From Alphaproteobacteria bacterium (GTDB lineage: Bacteria > Pseudomonadota > Alphaproteobacteria > UBA828): 64,000 bases of DNA. Each line of letters begins with the position of its first letter. Position 1 is the stretch's first letter. The stretch lies in NCBI GenBank assembly GCA_963422645.2, contig CAXXVO010000004.1, positions 256,001-320,000 on the forward strand, given 5' to 3'. Shown in pieces: positions 18,189 to 30,082 of this stretch. Under the pieces are notes generated by a model. The model saw only the letters and a list, made by a program, of their open reading frames with translations, searched no databases and was not told the origin of the DNA. The position numbers and the translations under genes are program-made.

Positions 18189-20471
18189 CTGGCCAGTTGT
18201 GGACAGGCGGGGCCGGTCGAACCGCAGTTCGCCGCCGCCGCCCGCGGTGTCCGCTTCGGCGGCGTGCTCGCCGCCCTGCCGGCCCTGCTGAAGGAAGGTC
18301 TTCTCTCCGAGACCGGTCTCCTGCCATTGCTGCCGAAGGGCTATTACGGCTTGCCTACGATCCTGCTCTTCCTGGCCTTCATGACCTTGGCGCGGGTGCG
18401 CAACCCCGAGAGCCTGCGCTACCAGGCGCCGGGCGAATGGGGCGCCATTCTCGGCCTCGATCGCTGCCCCGAGGTCAAGACGCTGCGCCGCAAGATCGCT
18501 CTCATCGCCGACGACGAGGCCGGCGTGCGGGCGTGGCAGCTCGCCCTTGCCAGGCGCTGGCAAGGCCGACGAGCCGGAGCTCTGGGCGACGCTGGCCATC
18601 GACGGGCACGTCAAGGTCTACTCCGGCCGCAAGGGGCGCTTGCCCAAGCACTTCGTCTCGCGCGAGAAGCTGTGCCTGCCGGCGAGCGCCAGCTACTGGA
18701 TCAACGCTCTGGGCGGCAAGCCGCTGCTCTGTCTGCACAAGCCGCTGGACCCGAAGATGGTCGCGGCCATCGAAGCCGACGTGGTGCCGGCGCTGCAGGA
18801 GCTTGGGATCGTTGGCGCCGGGGCGCCGGACCTGACCGCCGAGCATCCCGGCCAGCCGGCGCTCACCCTGGTCTTCGACCGCGAGGGCTGGAGCCCGGAT
18901 CTGTTCCGCCGGCTGGCGAGGCGCGGCGTCGCCTGCCTGACCTGGCACAAGAACTTCAGGGGCGAGGACTGGCCGGCCGAGGACTTCGGCGCGATGACCG
19001 TTCCCATTCACGGACCGGCGGCGGACGGCAGCGCCACCATGCGGCTGGCTGAGAAGCCGGTGACGTTGCCGAACGGCTTCAGGGTGCGCCAGATCCGCCG
19101 CCTGCTCGACAACGGCCGTCAGGTGCCGCTGATCACCACCGATCCGCACAAGCCGATGGCTGAGGTTGCGGGCGCCATGTTCTCGCGCTGGTCGCAGGAG
19201 AACTTCTTCAAGTACATGCGTGACGAGTTCAATCTCGACGCCCTGCCGACCCACGAGCTCGAGCCTCTCGATCCCGCCGCCATGGTCGTCAACCCGCTGC
19301 GGCGGGCCTATGACAAGGCAATCCATCGCCTCGACCGCCAGCTTGGCCGCCTGCGCAACCGCATCGCCGACACGGCCCGGAAGAAGCAGCCGACGGCGGA
19401 ACTCAGGAGGGAAGTCAGGGACCTCCAGGATGTCCGCGACATCGTCAGGGCCAGCCGCAGGGAGACGCCCAAGCACTGCCGGGCCGGCGACCTCGACGAA
19501 GCCGAGCAGCTCGATGCCTTGCCCGCGCGCGAGCGCCTCCTCCTCGACGTCATCCGGATGATCGCCTACCGCGCCGAAACCCGCATGATGCTTCCCGTCA
19601 TGCAGGCGCAGGGCCACAAGCCCCATCCCCGGAAACTGCTTCAAGCGCTGCTCACCGCCGATGCCGACATCCTGCCGGATCCTGGCAATGGCCTCCTGCG
19701 GGTCCACATTCTTGGCCTCGCAAACGACGCCTGCGACCGTTGGATCGATGCGGTTCTGAGCGACCTGAACGCCACCGAAACGGTCTTCCCCGGCACCCGT
19801 CTGCGCATAGTCTACGACATCGACGGGGCCTCGGAATCCGCGCGGCTCGTGTCACCTAAAATCAGCAGAGGTCAGGAAGTCTGAAACTCGGCTCGTAGGA
19901 GTAGTTGGAATAGCCCACCATGGTCGCGGCGAAGGCGAGGCGGAAGAGCGCCGCAACCGGCGCCTCCAGCGTCCCCATAAAATCGAAGGTCAGCAGCACT
20001 TTGCGCTCGACCGCCGGGCTGTAGAACGGCGCCCGTGTGCGGAAGGCTGCGGGAGGCGATGCCTTGGGCACGCGGCCCGTGCGCTCGCCTTCGTCCATGA
20101 ACGTGACGAATTCCGTGGCGGCGGCGCTGAGCCGCGTGGGCTCCAGCCGGTGCGCCCCCAGCTTCGCCCGCGCGGCGAAGGCGGCATAGGGATTGATCTC
20201 GAACCCGATGACCGCGTGGCCGGCGAAATCGGCCTCGACCAGCGTCGTACCGACGCCCGCGAAGGGGTCCAGCACGACACCCGGCTCCGGCAGGTGACGG
20301 GTCAGCGCGTCCTGGACGAATTGCCGCGAAAAACCCGCGATCCAGGGAACCCACCGGTGCACCGGCGTCTCCCGATTGGCCATGAAGGCGGGATCGCGGA
20401 AGGCCCCGCGGCCCTCCGCCCGGCCGGCGGAAGCGCTCACCGGCCGCGGCAGCACGCCGCCCCGCCGGCGG

Positions 20472-21449
20472 TCAGGGGGTCAGGATGGTCGAGCCTGTGG
20501 TCTTGCGGCCCTCCAGGTCGCGGTGCGCCTGGGCGGCGTCCGCCAGCGGGTAGGTCTGGTGGATCTCGATCTTGACCGCGCCCGAACGCACGACGTCGAA
20601 GAGCGCGCCGGCCGATGCCTCGAGCTCCGGCCGCGTCGCGTTGTAGCCGAAGAGGGTGGGCCGGGTGATGTAGGCGCTCTTGGGCGCGAGCCGGGCCAGA
20701 TTGAAGTCGGTGATGGGACCGGAGGCGTTGCCGAAACTCGCGAGCGTGCCCAGCCGTGCGAGGCTGTTGAGCGAGCCCTCCACCGTATCGGCGCCGATGG
20801 AATCGTAGACCACCGGCACGCCCTGGCCGTCGGTGATCTCCATGACCCGCGCGGCGAAATCTTCCGTCCGGTAGTTGACCGGGTGGTCGCAGCCGTGCGC
20901 GCGGGCGAGCTCGGCCTTCTCCTCGGAGCCCACGGTGCCGATCACGGTCACGCCCAGTTGCTTGAGCCACTGGCACTGGATCAGCCCGACCCCGCCGGCG
21001 GCGGCGTGGACCAGCACGGTCTCGCCCGCCTTCACCGGGTAGGTGCGGCGGATCAGGTATTCGACCGTCATGCCCTGCAGCATCATCGCCGCGCCCTGCT
21101 CGAAGCTGATGTCGGCGGGGAGCTCAACCAGCGAGCCTGCGGGCATCACACGGGCCTCGGAATAGCCGCCGGGCGGCGGCGGGCTGGCGTAGGCGACGCG
21201 CATGCCGGTCGCGACATCGGTGACGCCCTCCCCCATCGCCTCGACCACGCCCGCACCTTCCATGCCGATGGTCCAGGGCAGCGAGGGCACCGGGTAGAGG
21301 CCGGTGCGGTGATAGACGTCGATATAGTTGAGGCCGATCGCCTCGTGGCGCACCAGCGCCTCGCCGGGGCCGGGATCGGGTAGCGCCACATCCTCGTAAT
21401 GCAGCACCTCGGGCCCGCCGGCCTCGTGCATCCGCACAGCCTTGACCAT
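20472..21449 (-). CDS. qor: NADPH:quinone oxidoreductase (zeta-crystallin family)
   Basis: GLNYIDVYHRTGLY, HAAAGGVG and RKTTGS. Confidence 0.92.
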   Translation of the reverse strand: MVKAVRMHEAGGPEVLHYEDVALPDPGPGEALVRHEAIGLNYIDVYHRTGLYPVPSLPWTIGMEGAGVVEAMGEGVTDVATGMRVAYASPPPPGGYSEARVMPAGSLVELPADISFEQGAAMMLQGMTVEYLIRRTYPVKAGETVLVHAAAGGVGLIQCQWLKQLGVTVIGTVGSEEKAELARAHGCDHPVNYRTEDFAARVMEITDGQGVPVVYDSIGADTVEGSLNSLARLGTLASFGNASGPITDFNLARLAPKSAYITRPTLFGYNATRPELEASAGALFDVVRSGAVKIEIHQTYPLADAAQAHRDLEGRKTTGSTILTP

Positions 21450-21494
21450 GTGTCTCCCTTTCCTGTCGGGGGCGCCCGCCCGGCCGCGCTCGGC

Positions 21495-21968
21495 CTAGAC
21501 CGGAAGCTGCGGCGGCAGCGCGCCTTCCAATGCGAGAAGCTGGCGCTTGGTATCACAGCCGGCGCCGCCGGAGAACCCGCCGAGCGCGCCGCCGGCACCG
21601 ACGACCCGGTGGCACGGGATGATGAGCGGGATGGGATTGGCCCCGCAGGCGCCGCCCACGGCGCGGGGCGCGCTGTCGAGATCACGGGCGAGGTCGCCGT
21701 AGCTCCGGGTCTGGCCATAGGGGATCGCCTGCATCGCCGCCCAGACCCGGCGGCGGAAGGCCGTGCCCTGTGGCACCAGCGGCAGGTCGAAGGCGCGGAG
21801 CGTGCCGGCAAAGTACTCGGTGAGCTGGCGCGCGGCTTCGGCGAGCACGCCGCCGTTGGGGCGGGGGCCGCCGCCGGGGGCGAAATCGACGGCGGTGATC
21901 GCGCCCTCGGCGGCCGTGATCGTGAGCGGGCCGACCGGGCTCTCGATGGTGCAGCAGGCGGCGGCCAT
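21495..21968 (-). CDS. ogt: methylated-DNA--protein-cysteine methyltransferase
   Basis: IPYGQTRSYG, RAVG and IPCHRV active site. Confidence 0.93.
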   Translation of the reverse strand: MAAACCTIESPVGPLTITAAEGAITAVDFAPGGGPRPNGGVLAEAARQLTEYFAGTLRAFDLPLVPQGTAFRRRVWAAMQAIPYGQTRSYGDLARDLDSAPRAVGGACGANPIPLIIPCHRVVGAGGALGGFSGGAGCDTKRQLLALEGALPPQLPV

Positions 21969-21973
21969 CCGCC

Positions 21974-24010
21974 TCAGCCCTCGGCCGGCGCCCGGGCGTT
22001 GTCGAGGGCGGCGCTCAGCGCGTCCGGCTCGGTCACCGGCAGCGAGCAGACCGGGCCGACGCAGACGTAGGCCGTGGCCTGCCCCTCCTGCTGGCCCTTG
22101 CCAAAGGCGGGATGGCCCAGGGGCAGCGTGGCACTTGGCTCCAGCACGGTCAGCACCCGGTTGGGCAGGCTGGTTGCGTAGACGGCATCGACCAGAGCCT
22201 TGGTCCCCTCATCGGCGCGCGCGCCGCACACCACCACCTGCACCGCGCGGCGTAGAACCTCGCTATTGTTGGCGAGGGTCGAGAGCGGCGAGAAGTTGCG
22301 CTCAAGCTCGCCGGAGAACGCCTTCACCAGCGCCTCGGCGCGGTCGCGATAGGCCGTCTCGCCGGTGAGATGGTGGAGGCGCGCGAGCACGCCCACCATG
22401 GTGCCGTTGCCGGCGGGCGTCGCGGCGTCGTGGGCGGTCTTTGTGCGGCTGATGCTCGCCTCGCCGTCGTCCGGCGCATAGAAGTAACCGCCCTCGTCCG
22501 CGTCCCAGTAGTGCGCATCGAGCACCGCGACCCAGCCGCGCGCCTTCTCCACGTACGAATCTTCGCCCGTCGCCTCGGCCAGCATCAACGCGGCCCGCGC
22601 CATCTCGGCGTAGTCGTCGAGGAACTCGATATCCTTGGAGCGACCATGGCGGGCGGCGTGGCGCAGCCGCTCGCCGGCCGCCATAGGGTCTGCGACATAC
22701 TCGAAGGCCTCGCGGGCCGCATCGAGCCACGCTTGCTCGCCGAAGACCATGGCGGCGTTGGCGAGGGCTGCGATCATCAGGCCGTTCCAGTCGGCCAGCA
22801 CCTTGTCGTCCCAGCCGGGGCGCTCGCGGCCCGCGCGGCGCTCCAGGAGGATGGTGCGCATGCCGGCGAGGCGGGCTTCGTCCGGCGTCCCGTCGGTGCC
22901 GGGAGGCAGGAGGCGGTTGAGGATCGTCTTGCCTTCCCAGTTACCGCCTTGGGTGACGTCGTAGACGGCCTTGAAGTAGGCCGCGTCCGCACCGAGGAGT
23001 TCGTCGATCTCAGCCTCGTGCCAGACGTAGAATTTGCCTTCCTCGCCCTCGGAATCCGCGTCGAGCGCGCTCGCGAACGCGCCCTCGCCGGTGCGCATCT
23101 CGCGCAGCACCCAAGCCACAGTCTCGGCCGCACGGGCGGCGAAGAGCGGCTCGCCGGTCTCCTGCCAGACATGGCAGAGCAGGTCGATAAGCTGGGCGTT
23201 GTCGTAGAGCATCTTCTCGAAGTGGGGCGCGAGCCAGCGCTCGTCGGTGGAGTAGCGCGCGAAGCCGCCGCCCAGGTGGTCGTAGATGCCGCCCTGGCAC
23301 ATGCGCTCCATGGAGAGCACCACGGCGGTCTTCATCAGCTGCGAGCCGGTGCGCAGGTAGCTGCGCCAGAGCAGCTCCAGCATGGAACATTGCGGGAACT
23401 TTGGCGCGCCCCCGATGCCGCCGTGGCGGCCGTCGACCTCGCGCAGCAGCGAGCGCGCCATGTTCTCTGTTTGTGCCTCGGTCACGGCCTCGCCGGGCGT
23501 GCTCCGGGCGAGACCCTGCAGCGCCTCGACCAGCGTTGTTCTGTTTTTGTCCACCTTTTCGCGGTCGTTGCGGTAGGTCTGCTCGATCAGGCTCAGCACG
23601 TCCTTGAAGCCGGGGCGGCCGAAGCGGGGCTCCAGCGGGAAGTAGGTGCCGCCCCAGAAGGGCTCGGCATCGGGGGTGAGGAACATGGTGAGCGGCCAGC
23701 CGCCCTGCTGGCCCATGAGCGCGAGTGCGCGCTGGTAGATGGTGTCGAGGTCGGGGCGCTCTTCGCGGTCCACCTTGATGTTGACGAAGAGGCGGTTCAT
23801 CAGCCGCGCCGTCTCTTCGTCCTCGAAGCTCTCGTGGGCCATGACATGGCACCAGTGGCAGGCGGAATAGCCGACCGAGAGCAGGATCGGCTTGTCGGCT
23901 TCCTTCGCCTCGGCCAGCGCCTCCGGCCCCCAGGGGCGCCAGTGGACGGGATTGTCCTGGTGTTGCAGGAGATAGGGGCTGGTCTCCGCGCCGAGCTGGT
24001 TCTCGCTCAT
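21974..24010 (-). CDS. thioredoxin-domain YyaL/SPATA20-family protein
   Basis: [34 protein letters not shown] and [10 protein letters not shown]. Confidence 0.93.
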   Translation of the reverse strand: MSENQLGAETSPYLLQHQDNPVHWRPWGPEALAEAKEADKPILLSVGYSACHWCHVMAHESFEDEETARLMNRLFVNIKVDREERPDLDTIYQRALALMGQQGGWPLTMFLTPDAEPFWGGTYFPLEPRFGRPGFKDVLSLIEQTYRNDREKVDKNRTTLVEALQGLARSTPGEAVTEAQTENMARSLLREVDGRHGGIGGAPKFPQCSMLELLWRSYLRTGSQLMKTAVVLSMERMCQGGIYDHLGGGFARYSTDERWLAPHFEKMLYDNAQLIDLLCHVWQETGEPLFAARAAETVAWVLREMRTGEGAFASALDADSEGEEGKFYVWHEAEIDELLGADAAYFKAVYDVTQGGNWEGKTILNRLLPPGTDGTPDEARLAGMRTILLERRAGRERPGWDDKVLADWNGLMIAALANAAMVFGEQAWLDAAREAFEYVADPMAAGERLRHAARHGRSKDIEFLDDYAEMARAALMLAEATGEDSYVEKARGWVAVLDAHYWDADEGGYFYAPDDGEASISRTKTAHDAATPAGNGTMVGVLARLHHLTGETAYRDRAEALVKAFSGELERNFSPLSTLANNSEVLRRAVQVVVCGARADEGTKALVDAVYATSLPNRVLTVLEPSATLPLGHPAFGKGQQEGQATAYVCVGPVCSLPVTEPDALSAALDNARAPAEG

Positions 24011-24149
24011 GGCCCTTCCCGTCTGGTTCGGACCGCGCGGCAGGGAGCGGCCTCGGGTTTGAGCATAGGGTGCTGCCGTCCGGCCCACCAGTGCGGCGGG
24101 CGCATCCGCACCACAGCACCCGGAACGGATCCGATGTGCGATAGAGATT

Positions 24150-27100
24150 CAGACTTCCTGACCTCTGCTGATTTTAGGTGACACGAGCCGCGCGGATTCC
24201 GAGGCCCCGTCGATGTCGTAGACTCAGACTTCCTGACCTCTGCTGATTTTAGGTGACACGAGCCGCGCGGATTCCGAGGCCCCGTCGATGTCGTAGACTA
24301 TGCGCAGACGGGTGCCGGGGAAGACCGTTTCGGTGGCGTTCAGGTCGCTCAGAACCGCATCGATCCAACGGTCGCAGGCGTCGTTTGCGAGGCCAAGAAT
24401 GTGGACCCGCAGGAGGCCATTGCCAGGATCCGGCAGGATGTCGGCATCGGCGGTGAGCAGCGCTTGAAGCAGTTTCCGGGGATGGGGCTTGTGGCCCTGC
24501 GCCTGCATGACGGGAAGCATCATGCGGGTTTCGGCGCGGTAGGCGATCATCCGGATGACGTCGAGGAGGAGGCGCTCGCGCGCGGGCAAGGCATCGAGCT
24601 GCTCGGCTTCGTCGAGGTCGCCGGCCCGGCAGTGCTTGGGCGTCTCCCTGCGGCTGGCCCTGACGATGTCGCGGACATCCTGGAGGTCCCTGACTTCCCT
24701 CCTGAGTTCCGCCGTCGGCTGCTTCTTCCGGGCCGTGTCGGCGATGCGGTTGCGCAGGCGGCCAAGCTGGCGGTCGAGGCGATGGATTGCCTTGTCATAG
24801 GCCCGCCGCAGCGGGTTGACGACCATGGCGGCGGGATCGAGAGGCTCGAGCTCGTGGGTCGGCAGGGCGTCGAGATTGAACTCGTCACGCATGTACTTGA
24901 AGAAGTTCTCCTGCGACCAGCGCGAGAACATGGCGCCCGCAACCTCAGCCATCGGCTTGTGCGGATCGGTGGTGATCAGCGGCACCTGACGGCCGTTGTC
25001 GAGCAGGCGGCGGATCTGGCGCACCCTGAAGCCGTTCGGCAACGTCACCGGCTTCTCAGCCAGCCGCATGGTGGCGCTGCCGTCCGCCGCCGGTCCGTGA
25101 ATGGGAACGGTCATCGCGCCGAAGTCCTCGGCCGGCCAGTCCTCGCCCCTGAAGTTCTTGTGCCAGGTCAGGCAGGCGACGCCGCGCCTCGCCAGCCGGC
25201 GGAACAGATCCGGGCTCCAGCCCTCGCGGTCGAAGACCAGGGTGAGCGCCGGCTGGCCGGGATGCTCGGCGGTCAGGTCCGGCGCCCCGGCGCCAACGAT
25301 CCCAAGCTCCTGCAGCGCCGGCACCACGTCGGCTTCGATGGCCGCGACCATCTTCGGGTCCAGCGGCTTGTGCAGACAGAGCAGCGGCTTGCCGCCCAGA
25401 GCGTTGATCCAGTAGCTGGCGCTCGCCGGCAGGCACAGCTTCTCGCGCGAGACGAAGTGCTTGGGCAAGCGCCCCTTGCGGCCGGAGTAGACCTTGACGT
25501 GCCCGTCGATGGCCAGCGTCGCCCAGAGCTCCGGCTCGTCGGCCTTGCCAGCGCCTGGCAAGGGCGAGCTGCCACGCCCGCACGCCGGCCTCGTCGTCGG
25601 CGATGAGAGCGATCTTGCGGCGCAGCGTCTTGACCTCGGGGCAGCGATCGAGGCCGAGAATGGCGCCCCATTCGCCCGGCGCCTGGTAGCGCAGGCTCTC
25701 GGGGTTGCGCACCCGCGCCAAGGTCATGAAGGCCAGGAAGAGCAGGATCGTAGGCAAGCCGTAATAGCCCTTCGGCAGCAATGGCAGGAGACCGGTCTCG
25801 GAGAGAAGACCTTCCTTCAGCAGGGCCGGCAGGGCGGCGAGCACGCCGCCGAAGCGGACACCGCGGGCGGCGGCGGCGAACTGCGGTTCGACCGGCCCCG
25901 CCTGTCCACAACTGGCCAGAACCCGAGCCGGAACATCGCAAGTCGCACGCCCCATCGGCGCCTGCCGGTCCCGCCGATCGCGCGCGCTGCGATCCGTTTG
26001 CGGCTGCGCTTCCAGCCCCGGCGCCGTCTCCGGCCCCGGGGCACCGGTACTCTCTTCATCGACACGGCCTTCAGGAGCCGCACCCGCGTCAGGCGGCGCA
26101 GCCAGCGCTGAGCGTCCGGGCTCCCCATCCGCCTCCGTGTTGCCGATCAGTCCCTGACGGCGCCACTTGTTGACCGATGGCGCTGACACGCCGAGAACCC
26201 GGGCCGCCGCAGAGCCGCTCAGGCCCGATGCCAGCAACGCCGTCGCCTTCTCCGCCAACTCCGGAGTGAACACCGACGGCCCGCGACCGCGCCGGGGCTT
26301 CATGAACCCCGCTTCGCCCTCGGCCAGGTAGCGCCGTCGTGCGCGCTGCACCGTCGCGCGCGAGACAGCGAAAGCGTCAGCCAGTTCCTGCGGCGAGACC
26401 GCGCTGATCGCCGCGAGGCGGCCGATCCGCAAGAGCATGGCCGTGCGGTCATCGGCGGCGTGGCTGTCAAAGGGAATGAGGTTGGAAAAGTAGGTGAAGG
26501 TGTCGTCCGAGATCAGGACGGCGAAGCAGCTGTTGCCGATCGAGACCGCCTCTGGAGGGCACATTGGGAGGGTACTGGGCATGGTTGAGACCGTGCAATT
26601 GGTATCAAATTATAATATCAGACCTCGGGCGCGACACCCAGCGAAAAACCGCCTGAAACAACCGAAATGTATCAGAATTCAAGGAGTTCCCGGCACGCTG
26701 CCCAGAACAGCCAGCATCACGAGGTCAGGAAGTCTGAGACTATGCGCAGACGGGTGCCGGGGAAGACCGTTTCGGTGGCGTTCAGGTCGCTCAGAACCGC
26801 ATCGATCCAACGGTCGCAGGCGTCGTTTGCGAGGCCAAGAATGTGGACCCGCAGGAGGCCATTGCCAGGATCCGGCAGGATGTCGGCATCGGCGGTGAGC
26901 AGCGCTTGAAGCAGTTTCCGGGGATGGGGCTTGTGGCCCTGCGCCTGCATGACGGGAAGCATCATGCGGGTTTCGGCGCGGTAGGCGATCATCCGGATGA
27001 CGTCGAGGAGGAGGCGCTCGCGCGCGGGCAAGGCATCGAGCTGCTCGGCTTCGTCGAGGTCGCCGGCCCGGCAGTGCTTGGGCGTCTCCCTGCGGCTGGC

Positions 27101-29057
27101 CCTGACGATGTCGCGGACATCCTGGAGGTCCCTGACTTCCCTCCTGAGTTCCGCCGTCGGCTGCTTCTTCCGGGCCGTGTCGGCGATGCGGTTGCGCAGG
27201 CGGCCAAGCTGGCGGTCGAGGCGATGGATTGCCTTGTCATAGGCCCGCCGCAGCGGGTTGACGACCATGGCGGCGGGATCGAGAGGCTCGAGCTCGTGGG
27301 TCGGCAGGGCGTCGAGATTGAACTCGTCACGCATGTACTTGAAGAAGTTCTCCTGCGACCAGCGCGAGAACATGGCGCCCGCAACCTCAGCCATCGGCTT
27401 GTGCGGATCGGTGGTGATCAGCGGCACCTGACGGCCGTTGTCGAGCAGGCGGCGGATCTGGCGCACCCTGAAGCCGTTCGGCAACGTCACCGGCTTCTCA
27501 GCCAGCCGCATGGTGGCGCTGCCGTCCGCCGCCGGTCCGTGAATGGGAACGGTCATCGCGCCGAAGTCCTCGGCCGGCCAGTCCTCGCCCCTGAAGTTCT
27601 TGTGCCAGGTCAGGCAGGCGACGCCGCGCCTCGCCAGCCGGCGGAACAGATCCGGGCTCCAGCCCTCGCGGTCGAAGACCAGGGTGAGCGCCGGCTGGCC
27701 GGGATGCTCGGCGGTCAGGTCCGGCGCCCCGGCGCCAACGATCCCAAGCTCCTGCAGCGCCGGCACCACGTCGGCTTCGATGGCCGCGACCATCTTCGGG
27801 TCCAGCGGCTTGTGCAGACAGAGCAGCGGCTTGCCGCCCAGAGCGTTGATCCAGTAGCTGGCGCTCGCCGGCAGGCACAGCTTCTCGCGCGAGACGAAGT
27901 GCTTGGGCAAGCGCCCCTTGCGGCCGGAGTAGACCTTGACGTGCCCGTCGATGGCCAGCGTCGCCCAGAGCTCCGGCTCGTCGGCGCCTGCCAGCGCCTG
28001 GCAAGGGCGAGCTGCCACGCCCGCACGCCGGCCTCGTCGTCGGCGATGAGAGCGATCTTGCGGCGCAGCGTCTTGACCTCGGGGCAGCGATCGAGGCCGA
28101 GAATGGCGCCCCATTCGCCCGGCGCCTGGTAGCGCAGGCTCTCGGGGTTGCGCACCCGCGCCAAGGTCATGAAGGCCAGGAAGAGCAGGATCGTAGGCAA
28201 GCCGTAATAGCCCTTCGGCAGCAATGGCAGGAGACCGGTCTCGGAGAGAAGACCTTCCTTCAGCAGGGCCGGCAGGGCGGCGAGCACGCCGCCGAAGCGG
28301 ACACCGCGGGCGGCGGCGGCGAACTGCGGTTCGACCGGCCCCGCCTGTCCACAACTGGCCAGAACCCGAGCCGGAACATCGCAAGTCGCACGCCCCATCG
28401 GCGCCTGCCGGTCCCGCCGATCGCGCGCGCTGCGATCCGTTTGCGGCTGCGCTTCCAGCCCCGGCGCCGTCTCCGGCCCCGGGGCACCGGTACTCTCTTC
28501 ATCGACACGGCCTTCAGGAGCCGCACCCGCGTCAGGCGGCGCAGCCAGCGCTGAGCGTCCGGGCTCCCCATCCGCCTCCGTGTTGCCGATCAGTCCCTGA
28601 CGGCGCCACTTGTTGACCGATGGCGCTGACACGCCGAGAACCCGGGCCGCCGCAGAGCCGCTCAGGCCCGATGCCAGCAACGCCGTCGCCTTCTCCGCCA
28701 ACTCCGGAGTGAACACCGACGGCCCGCGACCGCGCCGGGGCTTCATGAACCCCGCTTCGCCCTCGGCCAGGTAGCGCCGTCGTGCGCGCTGCACCGTCGC
28801 GCGCGAGACAGCGAAAGCGTCAGCCAGTTCCTGCGGCGAGACCGCGCTGATCGCCGCGAGGCGGCCGATCCGCAAGAGCATGGCCGTGCGGTCATCGGCG
28901 GCGTGGCTGTCAAAGGGAATGAGGTTGGAAAAGTAGGTGAAGGTGTCGTCCGAGATCAGGACGGCGAAGCAGCTGTTGCCGATCGAGACCGCCTCTGGAG
29001 GGCACATTGGGAGGGTACTGGGCATGGTTGAGACCCCGTGCAATTGGTATCAAATTA
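24150..29057 (-). mobile_element. ISX copy B (outer): interrupted by ISX copy C; left end removed at the IS1595 junction
   Basis: Right TIR at 24150 preceded by AGATT. Sequence resumes at 26742 and stops at CAAATTA (29057). Confidence 0.9.
24225..26736 (-). mobile_element. ISX copy C, nested in copy B in the same orientation
   Basis: Both TIRs present; TSD AGACT (24220-24224, 26737-26741); transposase frameshifted near 25545. Confidence 0.93.
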
Positions 29058-29807
29058 ACCGCTTATGCACATGGCTCCGGCTTGCTCAACATGTTGTAGG
29101 TAAGGGGTTTTGCATTGGTGGCGAGGCGGAAGAGCGAGCGGAAAGCAGCGTGGCGGGTTTTGCGGCGGTTGAAGCGAAAGACGAACTCATCGAGATAGGC
29201 CTGCAGATGCTTGCGGCGCAGCCCGTGGTAGACGCCTCGCGCCCATCCTTTGAGGTTGGAGAAGACTTGGTGGATCCACGGCAGGACGAGGTGAGCGGCG
29301 GTCTTCCCGACGACATGGACATTGTGGCGATCGGCGGGGACCGCAGCGTAGCCGGACCAGCCGTCGGTTTTCGCGATGGCGTCGGGATCGGCGGCGGTTT
29401 CGATGAAGCGGCCGAGGTCGGCGGCGCCGTAGGAGGAGATTTCGGCCAGCCGCAGGCGGCCCGGGATGGTTCCATCCCCCAGTTCGATGGCGCCGATGAT
29501 CAGCATCTTGCCGTCGTGGCTGCGCCCCTGCCCGCCGCCGGGGGGATCGTTCCTGGTCCGGAATGGAAGGCTGGCCTCGTCGATTTCGACCAAGCCCGAC
29601 AACGGGTTGCGCTCGGGGTCGACCATGCTGGCGCGCAGCTTGTGGACGAGCAGCCAGGCACTTCGGTACGAGCCGATGCCGAGTTGCTTCTGGAGTGGCT
29701 CCGTCGGCAGGAACGTATAGGCAACATTCTACCCGTTCTCCCGCCCTAACCTCAACCTCAACATCTGGTGGCAAACTCTCGCGACCGGAGCCATGTGCAT
29801 AAGCGGT
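29058..29807 (-). mobile_element. IS1595-family element with an internal deletion (transposase 5' part lost); no TSD
   Basis: Same TIRs as 17138-18188; 750 bp versus 1051 bp; several SNPs; flanks TCAAATTA and TCCACATT differ. Confidence 0.9.
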
Positions 29808-30082
29808 TCCACATTTTCAACTCGCCGCCGGTGCCGCTCAAAATTGTGTAGACTCCGCGGTGCCAAAATCCGAGTTCTGGATCGTAATGATTCCAACCTT
29901 TTGCCCGGTAGTTTCCATCTCCGCTGTCCACGTACGCGATCACGAATACTGGTCGTTGTCCCAGCAACGTCTTGACCTCCTTGTAGGCTACTACTCTGTA
30001 TGCTGTCTTCCCGCGCCAGCTAGGGAGAGAGTAAGAAACAGTCGTCTTATTTCCTACTTTGAGCGGGAAAAGCTTATCGATT
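29808..30082 (-). pseudogene. internal/C-terminal fragment of a secreted protein
   Basis: Open frame IDKLFPLKVGNKTTVSY...YDPELGFW with lower GC; probably the continuation of 34397-34625. Confidence 0.55.

Larger units (their letters stand above)
16311..19883 (+). mobile_element. ISX copy A (unclassified ~2.5-kb DDE IS), interrupted by IS1595
   Basis: 16-bp TIR CAGACTTCCTGACCTC at both ends; TSD AAACT (16306-16310, 19884-19888). Confidence 0.93.
16467..19884 (+). pseudogene. ISX transposase (HTH + DDE, resembles Pfam Transposase_29-type proteins); IS1595 insertion and frameshift
   Basis: N-terminal HTHs, LGLDRCPEVKTLRRK, IDGH, LVFDREG and RWSQENFFK. Confidence 0.8.
15543..20455 (-). pseudogene. 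orphan amino-DNA methyltransferase (SPPY type, likely N4-cytosine), split by ISX
   Basis: The 5' part (19884-20455) has HRWVPWIAGFS and DPFAGVGTT; the 3' part (15543-16310) has TSPPY and VIGNS. The halves rejoin across TSD AAACT. Confidence 0.88.

Noticed and set aside
24150-24300. Tandem 75-bp repeat resembling a CRISPR or array start
   Set aside because: It is the ISX right end repeated by a nested insertion; there are no unique spacers or cas genes.
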